Assembly (NCBI GenBank): GCA_964491475.1
Contig: CAZBFO010000002.1
Location: 208,501 to 272,500, forward strand
Length of the DNA stretch: 64,000 nucleotides
Direction of reading: 5' to 3'
From: an uncultured Gammaproteobacteria bacterium
GTDB taxonomy: Bacteria > Patescibacteriota > Patescibacteriia > SG8-24
Shown here: positions 39,036 to 49,439 of the stretch, piece after piece
How positions within the stretch are numbered: the stretch's first letter is position 1
How the letters are laid out: each line of letters starts with the position of its first letter
The notes under the pieces: generated by a model
Seen by the model: the letters and a program-made list of their open reading frames with translations, nothing else
Told to the model about the DNA's origin: nothing
Database searches by the model: none
Program-made: the position numbers and the translations under genes

Positions 39036-40244
39036 CTAGGCGGGTACGGCGGCGAGCTGGTGATAGACCTTGGCGACCTTTGCGGCGGCCGCGTCCCAGG
39101 TGACGTGGGGCAACGCCTGGCTCTGTTTTTCTCCCAGCGCGCGGGCCGAGTCGCGCTGCGAGACCACGCGAAGGATTTCGTCGGCCATTTTGCGCGTGTC
39201 CCAAAAATCCACCTGCACGGCGTCCGGCAGCACTTCGGCCACGCCGGACTGCTTGCTGACGATCACCGGCGTGCGGTGCTGCAGTGCCTCGAGCACGGTG
39301 ATGCCGAACGGTTCCGACACGGAGGGGAGCACGTACAGGTCGGCCATCTGGTACAGGCGGGCCACGTCGTCGCCGCGGCGGAAGCCGGCGAAGATGACGC
39401 GGTCGGCGATGCCAAGCGCCGCCGCCTCCATGATGACGCTGCGCTCCATGTCTCCCGAGCCGGCCACGATGAACATCACTTCCTTGTCGCGCCGCAGCAC
39501 CTGCTTGGCGGTCTTCAGGAACCAGTCCGGCCCCTTCTGCACCGTGATGCGCCCGAGGAACAGCACGATCTTGTAGTGGTCGCTCAATTTGCTGCGCAGC
39601 ATCGCGGTGACGTCATACGGATCGACGCCGTTGTGCACCACGCTGATCTTGTCGGCGTCCACGGAGTAGTGCCGGATGATCTTCCCCTTGGTGTAGTTGC
39701 TGACGGCGACCACCGCGTCCGAGCCGTGCATGCCGGCGCGTTCGCCGTCGTACACCATCTGGTTGACGTTGCCGTCGACGGTGCGGTCGAACTCGGTGGC
39801 ATGCACGTGCGAGACCAGCGGCCGGCCCGAAGCGGCCTTGGCGGCGAGCCCGGCGGGGAAGGAGAGCCAGTCGTGGCAGTGAATGACGTCGTGCTCGACT
39901 ATCTGCGCGATGGCATAGGCCTTCTCGGCGTAGCGCTGCGTCTCTTCGTACAGGTCGCGCCCGTACAGCCGCGAGAGTTCCGGAGGGAGCGAGGCCATCA
40001 GTACGCGGTAGCGGTCGTCGGTGAGGTAGCCGGCCAGCGGCGAGTTGACCGTCTTCACGGTCAGTCCGGGAACATCCGCAAACAGCATGTCCATGTAGTC
40101 CACTTTGATGTCGAGCTGTTTGGGGAGCACGAAGGTGATCTGATGGCCGACGCGCGCCAAGGCACGCGTTAAGCCCAAACAAGCGGTGCCCAGGCCGCCG
40201 CTGTTGAACGGGGGAAATTCCCATCCGAACATCAAGACTTTCAT
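39036..40244 (-). CDS. GT4 glycosyltransferase (glycogen-synthase-like)
   Basis: GWEFPP..SGGLG, HCHDW, EPFGITVLEA. Confidence 0.9.
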   Translation of the reverse strand: MKVLMFGWEFPPFNSGGLGTACLGLTRALARVGHQITFVLPKQLDIKVDYMDMLFADVPGLTVKTVNSPLAGYLTDDRYRVLMASLPPELSRLYGRDLYEETQRYAEKAYAIAQIVEHDVIHCHDWLSFPAGLAAKAASGRPLVSHVHATEFDRTVDGNVNQMVYDGERAGMHGSDAVVAVSNYTKGKIIRHYSVDADKISVVHNGVDPYDVTAMLRSKLSDHYKIVLFLGRITVQKGPDWFLKTAKQVLRRDKEVMFIVAGSGDMERSVIMEAAALGIADRVIFAGFRRGDDVARLYQMADLYVLPSVSEPFGITVLEALQHRTPVIVSKQSGVAEVLPDAVQVDFWDTRKMADEILRVVSQRDSARALGEKQSQALPHVTWDAAAAKVAKVYHQLAAVPA

Positions 40245-40406
40245 CGGTTGGGGATATCTGAAGCCTGTCTCTTTATGCCGCCAGTATATAAGAAATCGTC
40301 GACGGCGTCGACCGTTGACTTGCGGCAAAAACGCGTGCTAGGGTCCGGATGTCGCCCTTTTCTTTTTCGTCCGCAAACCTCGCAGAATTTTGGAAGGAAA
40401 CGCGCC

Positions 40407-40862
40407 ATGAGCGATCAGTCATTGGACACGCCGACCGTAGAGGGGGCGTTCCGCATCATGCCGTCTGACATCGACGCCACCAGGCCGTTCTTGCGGGCCT
40501 TCGGCAAGACCGAGACGGAGAGCGCCGCACTCGGGATCGTCCTGTACTGCCAGGAAAAAGGCAGTTGGGTACCGTTCGCTGTCGATGAGCTGACGGCGCA
40601 CTTCCGCGCCACCCGCGCCGCCGGCAAGGTCTACCCCTACACGAGCATCTGGAAGCTGGCGTCCGATCCCTATTACCTCTTCATGAGGCATCCGAAAGAA
40701 CAGTGGTCGTCCGTTCCGCCCGACACGTTCCTTCTGCACCGGCTCAACCCGTCGTCCGGCAGGCTGGAGCGGCTCGGCCCGGACGGCAAGTACCGAGTGA
40801 CCGAGCTTTTCGTAGAAAGATGCCATCAGTCGTCTGTCGCACGCGCTTCTTCCGCGCCATGA
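40407..40862 (+). CDS. Hypothetical protein (possible winged-helix fold)
   Basis: ORF with GGAAGGA SD, promoter and terminator. Confidence 0.55.
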   Translation: MSDQSLDTPTVEGAFRIMPSDIDATRPFLRAFGKTETESAALGIVLYCQEKGSWVPFAVDELTAHFRATRAAGKVYPYTSIWKLASDPYYLFMRHPKEQWSSVPPDTFLLHRLNPSSGRLERLGPDGKYRVTELFVERCHQSSVARASSAP

Positions 40863-40912
40863 AGCCAAACCGCCCGCCTCCGTTAGGAGGACGGGCGATT
40901 TTTTATCTGCCG

Positions 40913-42976
40913 CTAGATGTCCAGGTTCTTCACGCTCTTGGCGCGAGTCTGGATGAACTTCTTGCGCGGCTCGACCTCGTTGCCCATCAGGATGTCGAAG
41001 ATGGTGTCAGCCTTCTCGGCATCGTCGATGTTCACTTTGAGCATCGTGCGCGTCTCGGGGTTCATGGTGGTCTCCCAAAGCTGGTCGGCGTTCATTTCGC
41101 CGAGACCCTTGTAGCGCTGGATGGTCACCCCGCCGACGCTCACCACGCCTTCGCCTTCGGCGGCGGCCTCGGCCGGCGCGGCACCGTCCGTTTCGGTCAC
41201 GTCGACAGGTTCGGCCTTGGCCTTGCCGCCCTTGGCGGCGCGGGCAGCGGCGTTCTCGGCCTTCTTTGCGAGCAGGTCGGCGACGTGCTTGTCACGCTCC
41301 GCCTCCGTGAAGCAGTAGTAGAACTCCTTGCCCTTGCTGACGCGGTACAGCGGCGGCTGGGCGATATAGAGGTGGCCTTCGGTGATCAGGCGCGGGAAGT
41401 ACCTGTAGAAGAGGGTCAGGAGCAGCGTGCGGATGTGCGCGCCGTCCACGTCGGCGTCGGTCATCAGCACGATGCGGCCGTAGCGCAGCTTCTCGAGCTC
41501 GAACTGCTCGCCGATGTTGGTGCCGAGCGCGATGATCAGGTTCTTGACCTGCTCGTTGGTGAGGATCTTGTCGATGCGGGCGCGTTCGACGTTGAGGATC
41601 TTGCCGCGGAGGGGGAGGATGGCCTGCAGGTCGCGGTTGCGCCCTTGCTTGGCCGAGCCGCCTGCCGAGTCGCCCTCGACGATGAACAGCTCGGTGCGCA
41701 TGGCGTCCTTGCTGGAGCAGTCGGCCAGCTTGCCGGGGAGGGTGAGGCCCTCGAGCGCGCCTTTGCGCAAGACGGTGTCGCGGGCGGCGCGGGCGGCCAT
41801 GCGCGCGCGGGAAGCGAGCACGCACTTCTCGATGATGGCCTGCCCGTCCTTGGGGTGCTCTTCTAAGTAGATGTCGAGCGCCGTGGAGAAGACCGACTCG
41901 ACCGCCGGCTTGGCTTCGGGGTTGCCGAGCTTGGCCTTGGTCTGTCCTTCGAACTGCGGCTCCTTCACCTTCACGCTGATGATGGCCGTCAGTCCTTCGC
42001 GCGCGTCCTCGCCGGAGATGTTCTCGTCCTTCTCTTTTAAGAAGCCTTGCTTGCGGGCGTAGTTGTTCAGGGAGCGGGTGAGGGCGGAGCGGAAGCCGGC
42101 CACGTGCGTGCCGCCTTCGGGGTTGATGATGTTGTTGGCGAAAGCGTTGACGTTCTCCTTGAAGTCGTCGACGTATTGGAAGGCCACTTCGATGTCGACG
42201 CCTTCGGCCTCCTTGTGCACGTAGAAGATGTTGGGGTGCTTGGCCTCCTTCTGGTGGTTAAGGAAGCGGACGTAGGAGCGGACGCCGCCTTCGAAGTAGA
42301 AACCGTAAGACTGCTCCTGGCCTTTCGCGCGCTTGTCCCACAGCCGCAGGCGGATGCCCTTGGTGAGGTAGGCTTGGCGGCGAAGGTGATCGAGGATGTA
42401 GTTCCAGTCGTACTCGACGGTGGTGAAGATGGAGGGGTCGGCCTGGAAGGTGATGGTGGTGCCCGTGCCCTTGGCGTTGCCGACGGCGGTGACCTTCTTC
42501 TGCACCACGCCCTTCTTGTAGGTCTGCTCCCAGAGTTTGCCGTCGCGCTTCACCTCGGCCTTGAGGTTGACGGAGAGCGCGTTGACGACCGAGGCGCCGA
42601 CGCCGTGCAGACCGCCGGACACTTTGTAGCCGCCGCCGCCGAATTTTCCTCCGGCATGCAATTTGGTGAGCACCAGTTCGAGCGCCGAGACCTTGTACTC
42701 TTTTTGGATGTCGACCGGAATGCCGCGGCCGTTGTCGGACACGGAAACGTAGCCGTCAGGAAGCAGCGTGATGGTGATGTCGTTGGCATAGCCGGCCATG
42801 GCTTCGTCGAACGAGTTGTCGACGATTTCCCAGATGAGGTGATGCAGGCCTTCGGGACCAGTGGAGCCGATGTACATGCCGGGGCGGCGGCGCACTGCCT
42901 CGAGACCCTCGAGCACGGAAATTTGTTCTGCGCCGTACGCGGACCCTTCTTCCTTTTTCGGTTTCTTGTCGGCCAT
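40913..42976 (-). CDS. gyrB: DNA gyrase subunit B
   Basis: LEAVRRRPGMYIG, GLHGVG, EGDSAGG, PLRGK, DADVDG, QRYKGLGEM. Confidence 0.97.
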   Translation of the reverse strand: MADKKPKKEEGSAYGAEQISVLEGLEAVRRRPGMYIGSTGPEGLHHLIWEIVDNSFDEAMAGYANDITITLLPDGYVSVSDNGRGIPVDIQKEYKVSALELVLTKLHAGGKFGGGGYKVSGGLHGVGASVVNALSVNLKAEVKRDGKLWEQTYKKGVVQKKVTAVGNAKGTGTTITFQADPSIFTTVEYDWNYILDHLRRQAYLTKGIRLRLWDKRAKGQEQSYGFYFEGGVRSYVRFLNHQKEAKHPNIFYVHKEAEGVDIEVAFQYVDDFKENVNAFANNIINPEGGTHVAGFRSALTRSLNNYARKQGFLKEKDENISGEDAREGLTAIISVKVKEPQFEGQTKAKLGNPEAKPAVESVFSTALDIYLEEHPKDGQAIIEKCVLASRARMAARAARDTVLRKGALEGLTLPGKLADCSSKDAMRTELFIVEGDSAGGSAKQGRNRDLQAILPLRGKILNVERARIDKILTNEQVKNLIIALGTNIGEQFELEKLRYGRIVLMTDADVDGAHIRTLLLTLFYRYFPRLITEGHLYIAQPPLYRVSKGKEFYYCFTEAERDKHVADLLAKKAENAAARAAKGGKAKAEPVDVTETDGAAPAEAAAEGEGVVSVGGVTIQRYKGLGEMNADQLWETTMNPETRTMLKVNIDDAEKADTIFDILMGNEVEPRKKFIQTRAKSVKNLDI

Positions 42977-43183
42977 AGGTGGTGGGTGACTGAAACTCCG
43001 CGTCTGCGGATAAGCACGATGATGGTATCAGGACGGACAGCTGGCGACAAGATGAAAAGGAGCGACAGTCAAGCGGGGGAGTGAGAAGAAATGTGACCGG
43101 AAATCCTGAAAAACATCCTCGAAGAACGGTGAACACAAAAAATGTTCATATAAAAATCCCGCTTTTGCAGCGGGAAGCGACCG

Positions 43184-43600
43184 TCAGCTGACGATCCAGA
43201 AGACCAAACCGACCTGAATAAGAGAGATGAGCAGCAGGAAAGCAAGCGACAAATGATCGTCGAGTTCCTTCATGAGAGCGTGCACCAGATAGGGGATGGC
43301 CACGAAGAAGCCGATGATGAACAGCGCGACGTGGCCCGAGGTGCGCGAAGCGCCGATGCTCGCGCTGGCGGCGGTGCCGGCCAGCACCAGTAGGCGGGCT
43401 GCCGAGATCTGTGCCGGTTCATCGTCGATGTCCTTTACGGCCGGGGTCAGCGCGGTCACGAACGCGAGCAGGGCTAGCAGGATGAGCGCCGTGCCGTCGG
43501 CGCTCTGCGCGGCGGTGTAGCCGGCGTTTTTGAGGAGCACGTTCGCGCAGAAGGCGAGCACCGTCGCGATGGCCAAATGCCTGACGTATCTCGATTTCAT
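43184..43600 (-). CDS. Membrane protein
   Basis: About 5 hydrophobic helices, GAGG SD. Confidence 0.6.
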   Translation of the reverse strand: MKSRYVRHLAIATVLAFCANVLLKNAGYTAAQSADGTALILLALLAFVTALTPAVKDIDDEPAQISAARLLVLAGTAASASIGASRTSGHVALFIIGFFVAIPYLVHALMKELDDHLSLAFLLLISLIQVGLVFWIVS

Positions 43601-43712
43601 GGAATGACCTCGGCGCGAGTCTGCACGAGAACGGCCGTTTTGTCAACCGTCGCGCATGGCCAATCAGATCGAAAAATGGTAGACTGAACCAAGACGCATA
43701 ACCGCCATCCAC

Positions 43713-44591
43713 ATGGACTTCGAGCCCGCACGCCAGGAACAACTTACGGAGAAACACCTCAACTGGGGGTACTGGTGGGTGACGCACAAGGTCCAAGTGC
43801 GCAACTGGACTTCGGTAGCCTTGGCGGTGTTCGGCGCCGTCGCGCTCGGTTACGGCCTGTTCGGTTTCGCCGACTGGTATTTCGGTTCCGGCGTGGTGGA
43901 GCGCCAGCAGATAGGCCTGCTGACCACCAACACGACGGACTTCGCGGGCATCCGCGCCAAGAACGCGCCTCAAGACTTGCAGCTCTCCGATCCCTCTTAC
44001 GTCGGTTCCGGCGAGGGCGTGTACGACATGGCGGCGCGCATCACCAACAACAACGCGCGCTGGTGGTCCGACTTGGATTACCACTTCACCTCTTCGGCCG
44101 TCACCACGCCGGTGCAGCACGGCTACGTGCTGCCGGGCGACTTCATGAACCTGTCCGCGCTCGGCGTAAAGGCGGACGGCGCTCCGGACGGCCTGGCGCT
44201 CATCATCGACCGGCAGACCTGGCACCGCGTCGACCTGCACCTCACCAGGCCCGATTACGAGTCGTGGGCCACCGACCGTTTGCGCCTGACGATGGATCAG
44301 CCGGTGTTCATTCCTCCGCTCGCCACGGACACCGTTCCCGCCAGCCGCGTTCGCTTCAACGTCAAGAACGACACCGGCTTCGGGTACTACAAGGTCGGCT
44401 TCTTCGTTACGACGGAAAGCGGCGGCCGCATCACCGGAATCAATCACGTGACCATCAGCAACTTCCGCCCCGGCGACACGCGTGAAGTCAACGCCACTTG
44501 GTTCGCCGATTTGCCTGCGGCGACCAACATCGAGGTGAAACCCGAAGTGCACATCTTCGATGATCGCAACTACATCCCGCCGGGGAAGTAG
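43713..44591 (+). CDS. Single-TM hypothetical protein with Ig-like beta domains
   Basis: N-terminal TM, beta-rich ectodomain, upstream of rodA. Confidence 0.7.
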   Translation: MDFEPARQEQLTEKHLNWGYWWVTHKVQVRNWTSVALAVFGAVALGYGLFGFADWYFGSGVVERQQIGLLTTNTTDFAGIRAKNAPQDLQLSDPSYVGSGEGVYDMAARITNNNARWWSDLDYHFTSSAVTTPVQHGYVLPGDFMNLSALGVKADGAPDGLALIIDRQTWHRVDLHLTRPDYESWATDRLRLTMDQPVFIPPLATDTVPASRVRFNVKNDTGFGYYKVGFFVTTESGGRITGINHVTISNFRPGDTREVNATWFADLPAATNIEVKPEVHIFDDRNYIPPGK

Positions 44592-44660
44592 CCCGCTTCA
44601 CCGTTCCTCCCCGCCATGCTATGAAGAAGCGCATACGCGCTTCTTTCGTTTCACGCCTCC

Positions 44661-45749
44661 ATGCCGACGTATTTCCGAAAATTCGACTGGATGCTGTTCG
44701 CCGCTTGCGCCGTCCTGTCCGCGTTCGGGCTCGCTGCCATATACAGCACCTCCTTGGGCGCGCCGGGGACCGGCAGCGACTTCTCCCTGTTCTGGAAGCA
44801 GGCGGTGTTCATCTGCGTCGGGCTCTTCGTGGCCTTCGTCATTCCGGTGTTCGACTTTCGGCAGCTGACGGGGCTGTCCCGGCCGCTGTACGCGCTCTCG
44901 CTCGTCCTGCTGGTGGCAGTGCTGTTGTTCGGTCACACCGTCAAGGGAGCCCGCAGCTGGTTCGGCGTCGGCAGCTTCGGCGTGCAGCCGGTGGAGATCG
45001 TGAAGATCTGCATGGTCGTCGTGCTGGCCAAGTTCTTCAGCGACTACGCCCGCCAGCCGGAGGGACTCAAGCAGATCTTCGGTTCGGGGTCGTCGATGGC
45101 TGCGGTGGTGCTGCTGGTGCTGCTGCAGCCTGACCTCGGTTCCGCCCTGCTGCTCTTGGCCATGTGGGGGTCGCTGCTGCTCGTTTCCGGCATCCGTCGG
45201 AGCCACTTGATCATCATCGGCCTGCTCTGTCTCACTGCGGCAGTGTTCTCCTGGACCTTCATTCTCAAGCCGTACCAGAAGGACCGCATCGCGGTGTTCT
45301 GGGACCCGTCGCATGACCCCAGCGGCAGGGGATACAACGTCACGCAGGCGATCATCGCCAGCGGTTCCGGCGGCATGTTCGGCAAGGGCTTGGGTTTCGG
45401 TTCGCAGAGCCAGCTGCGATTCCTCCCGGAACGCCAGACCGACTTCATCTTCTCGGTCATCGCCGAGGAGCTGGGTTTCGTCGGCGTGCTGATCCTCTGC
45501 GGACTGTATGCGGTGGTGTTCTACCGCGGCTATCGCCTGGCGAAGGGGAGCCAGGACGACTTCACCATGTTCCTGACGCTGGGCTTCATGTTCTCGATCG
45601 GCGTGGAGATTTTCGTGAACGTGGGCGGCAACCTGCGCCTGCTGCCGGTCACCGGCGTCACCCTGCCGTTCATCAGCTACGGCGGCAGCTCGGTGGTGGC
45701 CAAATACGTGATGGTCGGCATCCTCGAGTCGGTCGCGGTACGCCGATAA
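44661..45749 (+). CDS. rodA: Rod shape-determining protein RodA (SEDS family)
   Basis: QPVE..K, QPDLGSA, LPE.QTDFIF, TGVTLPFISYGGSS. Confidence 0.92.
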   Translation: MPTYFRKFDWMLFAACAVLSAFGLAAIYSTSLGAPGTGSDFSLFWKQAVFICVGLFVAFVIPVFDFRQLTGLSRPLYALSLVLLVAVLLFGHTVKGARSWFGVGSFGVQPVEIVKICMVVVLAKFFSDYARQPEGLKQIFGSGSSMAAVVLLVLLQPDLGSALLLLAMWGSLLLVSGIRRSHLIIIGLLCLTAAVFSWTFILKPYQKDRIAVFWDPSHDPSGRGYNVTQAIIASGSGGMFGKGLGFGSQSQLRFLPERQTDFIFSVIAEELGFVGVLILCGLYAVVFYRGYRLAKGSQDDFTMFLTLGFMFSIGVEIFVNVGGNLRLLPVTGVTLPFISYGGSSVVAKYVMVGILESVAVRR

Positions 45750-45915
45750 TTAAGGCGGACTGTGCACAAGTCGCGTTGACCCGAAGCCGAAAAAATGATA
45801 AAGTATACACATGGATGCACGCTTTCCGTGTGCACAAAAAGGTTCGAACGGCGGCAAGATAAGGCGGAAAAGAAAAACAAAACGCGCCCTCGGGTAATGC
45901 CGAGGCCGCAACACT

Positions 45916-46266
45916 ATGCCGGTTCCGTCCAACCACGCATCGCCGTTTTTCGATGAGGGAGTCAAATTGATTTCCTACTGCCCGCTGTGCGAGTCGAGCT
46001 ATAATCCCCGCGAGGCCAAAGTCCTCGGCGAGAAGGAGGACAGCCACCTGCTGCACATTCAGTGCGGCAACTGCGCCAACGCCATCATCGCGCTCGTGCT
46101 CATCTCTTCGGTGGGCGTCAGCTCGGTCGGCCTGGTCACCGACCTCGGTTACGAAGAGGTCAACCGCTTCAAGGCCAATGCGCCCGTCACGACGGACGAC
46201 GTGATCGAGACGCATCACCTGCTGCAGGACGAGGCGGCGCTGTTCGGCCGATTGGCCATGGCCTGA
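45916..46266 (+). CDS. Zinc-ribbon hypothetical protein
   Basis: CPLC...CGNC, VGLVTDL, DDVIE.H. Confidence 0.7.
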   Translation: MPVPSNHASPFFDEGVKLISYCPLCESSYNPREAKVLGEKEDSHLLHIQCGNCANAIIALVLISSVGVSSVGLVTDLGYEEVNRFKANAPVTTDDVIETHHLLQDEAALFGRLAMA

Positions 46267-46347
46267 TCACCAGAGACATCCAGCCCTCCGGAAACCCCGG
46301 AGGGTTTTGCGTATGAAAAAACGGACCGCGCGGTCCGTCGATAGCGT

Positions 46348-47316
46348 CTACGTTTCGTTCAGGACGTTGGTCACGGCTTGGCGGTAGACGGACTGGAATG
46401 CGACGGCCTTCCGGTTCGCGACCGCGGTGTCGCCCTCGTGCCGCCGAGGCTCGATGCCGTCGTGCGTGACGTGCTCGATGCCGATGACGTGGATGCCGTT
46501 CTCCGGGTCGCCGTACATGGCGGTGACGCCGTTCGATCCCAAGAAGGGGCCGCTGCCGTCGGAGACGATCAGGCCGGCGTCGGTGAACGCCTTGCGCACG
46601 GCGTCGACGAAGCGGCGATCGGCGGCGGCGAATCCGTTGTGAATCAGGATGACGTCGGGGAGCGTTCCCGTATCGGGGTCGAGCGGTCCGCGCGTCGCGG
46701 GCGGTCCGCAGACGTATCCGCCTTGGCAGGTGGCGACCGCGAAGGCGGGCAGCGTGTGCAGCGCGAGGTGCACGCACTTGCCGTGCAGCGCGGTCAGGCG
46801 GTCGTGATGCGCCGCGATCGTCTCGTGATACGGACGGTAGCCCCAGCGTAGCAGCTCGACGAACTCCCTGCGCGTCAGGGGTCTCCGCAGCACGGGTTCA
46901 CTTTTGGTGTTCACCGTCTCCGTGAGCTGCCGTTCGTCGCGAAGCGTCTCGGCCGAGACGCCGGTGACCACCGTGCGCGCCCAAATGACGCCGTGATGGT
47001 GCTGCCGCTCGTCGGCGCCGATGACCGCCAGTCCCGACACCTCTGTCCGTTCACGATTGCAGTCGACCAGCGCCCGTGCCAGCCGCGTACGGACGCCGGA
47101 CACGGGCATCGTTGCCAGCAGCCGGTCGTACCCGGACAGGATCGGCGCGGCGGCGTCGACTCCGAATCCCAGGGTCTTCCGCACTTCCGCGGACTCGTGC
47201 CGAACCAGCAGGTCGAACCAGTCGGGGATGCCGACGCGGTTCTTGATGCCGTGGACGCCGCTGTGCGGCATCTCCAGCAGCACGGGAGACGCCCCTTCTT
47301 TCGAGATGACCAGCAT
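46348..47316 (-). CDS. N-formylglutamate amidohydrolase-family Zn hydrolase
   Basis: PHSG, R..VDCNR, YRPYH, LHT, PF.G, IE motifs. Confidence 0.75.
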   Translation of the reverse strand: MLVISKEGASPVLLEMPHSGVHGIKNRVGIPDWFDLLVRHESAEVRKTLGFGVDAAAPILSGYDRLLATMPVSGVRTRLARALVDCNRERTEVSGLAVIGADERQHHHGVIWARTVVTGVSAETLRDERQLTETVNTKSEPVLRRPLTRREFVELLRWGYRPYHETIAAHHDRLTALHGKCVHLALHTLPAFAVATCQGGYVCGPPATRGPLDPDTGTLPDVILIHNGFAAADRRFVDAVRKAFTDAGLIVSDGSGPFLGSNGVTAMYGDPENGIHVIGIEHVTHDGIEPRRHEGDTAVANRKAVAFQSVYRQAVTNVLNET

Positions 47317-47509
47317 GCCTTCCTCTTTTCCGTGCCTTTGGAAAGGACAACGACCGACATTGCCAGCTGCGGCCGGTGAAGTCAACCCGTGTCGTACTGT
47401 CCCATCCCTCTTGCCAAATCCGCTCGGGTGCCGTATAAAGGTGGCTACGAAGTCGGTTTTATTATGCGCTGGGGTACCGGTTCGCCGGGCAGCGCCATTT
47501 ACGAAAGAT

Positions 47510-48190
47510 ATGGAAGCGCTTTCACTGCAGGCAAAAACTCGCGAAGTCACCGGCAAGAAGGTCAAGAAGATCCGCCTTGAGGGTCAGATTCCGGCCGTCG
47601 TTTACGGCCACGGCGTCCCCTCCAAGAACCTGGCGGTCGACTACCGCACCTTCGAGAAGCTGTTCGGCAAGGCCGGCGAATCGTCCCTGATCGACCTGTC
47701 GGTCGAGGGCGGCGATGCGGCCAAGGTGCTGGTACAGGACGTGACCCGCAATCCGCTGACCGAAAAGATCACCCACGTGGACTTCCGCCAGGTGAACATG
47801 AAGGAGAAGCTCGAAGCCGACATCCTGCTCAAGTTCGTCGGCGAGTCGCCGGCCGTCAAGTCGCAGGGCGCCATCCTGGTCCGCAACATGGGCACCATCA
47901 CGGTGCGTTGTCTGCCGGCCGACCTGGTCCACGAGATCGAGGTCAACCTCGGCAGCCTCAAGCAGTTCGAGGACCGCATCACCGTGTCCGATCTCGCCGT
48001 TCCGTCCGGCATCGAGTTCATGGCTCGCCCCGAACAGATCGTGGTCATCGCCAACGCGCCGATCTCCGAAGAGGAACTGGCCGCTTCGCTTGAGTCCAAG
48101 CCCGAAGCCGACGTGACCGCCGTCAAGGCCGCCAACGAGGAGAAGAAGGCCGAGCGCGCCGCCGCCAAGGAAGCTGACGCCAAGGAATAG
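47510..48190 (+). CDS. rplY: 50S ribosomal protein L25/Ctc
   Basis: IPAVVYGHG, HVDF. Confidence 0.93.
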   Translation: MEALSLQAKTREVTGKKVKKIRLEGQIPAVVYGHGVPSKNLAVDYRTFEKLFGKAGESSLIDLSVEGGDAAKVLVQDVTRNPLTEKITHVDFRQVNMKEKLEADILLKFVGESPAVKSQGAILVRNMGTITVRCLPADLVHEIEVNLGSLKQFEDRITVSDLAVPSGIEFMARPEQIVVIANAPISEEELAASLESKPEADVTAVKAANEEKKAERAAAKEADAKE

Positions 48191-48235
48191 GCGTCCTCTT
48201 GCCGGCGCTTCGTCGCGTCGTGGTATCATGTGCGC

Positions 48236-49387
48236 ATGAACCTCTTCGCACCCAAAACCCCCGAACGAAAGCCTGCCGCCGCGGCGGGGCGATCGAAGGG
48301 GGTTTTTCGTACCCTGCTTTTCTGGCGGGAGGCCTCGCAGATGAGCGTCCTGGTTTTCACGGTGGCCGTGGCCGTACTGGTCATCACCGTGTCGTACCTG
48401 ACCGGCTGGATCAGCGACTGGACCGGCTTCGTCAAGGCGCACGGCAAGAAAGCGGAGCTTACGGCGGTCAAACCCGCGCCTGTCCCGCCGGCTCACGTGC
48501 GCGCCATCGACGGCGTGGCCGTTCCCGACTCCGAGCCGACCTCCGGCCGTTATTACGCGCTGACCGTCGACAACCTGTACGTGGCGCGGCCGCAGTCCGG
48601 CATCAGCAAGGCGTCGGTAGTGTACGAAGTGCCCGTCGAGGCGGGCATCACCCGCTTCCTGTTCGTCTTCCCGGACGACGCGAAGGTCGAAAAGATCGGG
48701 CCTGTCCGTTCGGCGCGCCCGTACTTTCTGGACTGGATTTCCGAATACGACGCGCTCTACGCCCATGTGGGCGGCAGCAACGAGGCGCTCGACGACATCA
48801 AATCCTACGGCATGCGCGACATGAACGAGTTCTTTCAGGGCGCGTACTTCTGGCGCGCCACGGACCGCGAGGCGCCGCACAACGCCTACACTTCCACGGA
48901 GATGCTCGGCAAGAACTTCGACAAGCGCTTCGCCGACAAGCCGACCAAGCCGCTGGACGGCTGGAAGTTCAAGGCCGACGCGCCTGCAGGTGATCGGCCG
49001 GCGAAGGCCGCCCTGACGATTGCCTACGGCGATCCGCATGTGGACGTCACCTGGGCATACGATGCCGCCACGAACGCGTACTCCCGCAGCCAGGGCGGAA
49101 AAGAGATCAGGGACGACGACGGCACGGCGGTCGTCGCCAAGAACGTCGTCGTGCAGTATGCGGAGGTGACGACCATCGACGACTACGGCCGCCGCAAAAT
49201 CGTGACCATCGGCAAGGGCGACGCCGACTTCGCCGTCGACGGCCAGACGGTGCACGGCACCTGGCGCAAGGACAGCCGCGCCGGCCGTACGCGGTTCTAC
49301 GACGCCAGCCGCAACGAGATTTCCTTCAACGTCGGAACCACCTGGATCGAGGTGGTGCCCGCGGGGACGCAGGTCACCGCGGAATAG
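48236..49387 (+). CDS. DUF3048 domain (YerB-like) membrane-anchored protein
   Basis: DN...ARPQSG, VE.GITR, GPVRSAR, APHNAY. Confidence 0.88.
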   Translation: MNLFAPKTPERKPAAAAGRSKGVFRTLLFWREASQMSVLVFTVAVAVLVITVSYLTGWISDWTGFVKAHGKKAELTAVKPAPVPPAHVRAIDGVAVPDSEPTSGRYYALTVDNLYVARPQSGISKASVVYEVPVEAGITRFLFVFPDDAKVEKIGPVRSARPYFLDWISEYDALYAHVGGSNEALDDIKSYGMRDMNEFFQGAYFWRATDREAPHNAYTSTEMLGKNFDKRFADKPTKPLDGWKFKADAPAGDRPAKAALTIAYGDPHVDVTWAYDAATNAYSRSQGGKEIRDDDGTAVVAKNVVVQYAEVTTIDDYGRRKIVTIGKGDADFAVDGQTVHGTWRKDSRAGRTRFYDASRNEISFNVGTTWIEVVPAGTQVTAE

Positions 49388-49439
49388 GCAGACCGTGAGC
49401 CGGAAATCTGTAAACGCCGCCCGACGGGGCGGCGTTTCG

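Noticed and set aside
43005-43013. DnaA-box-like TTATCCGCA upstream of gyrB
   Set aside because: A single mismatched 9-mer is expected by chance.
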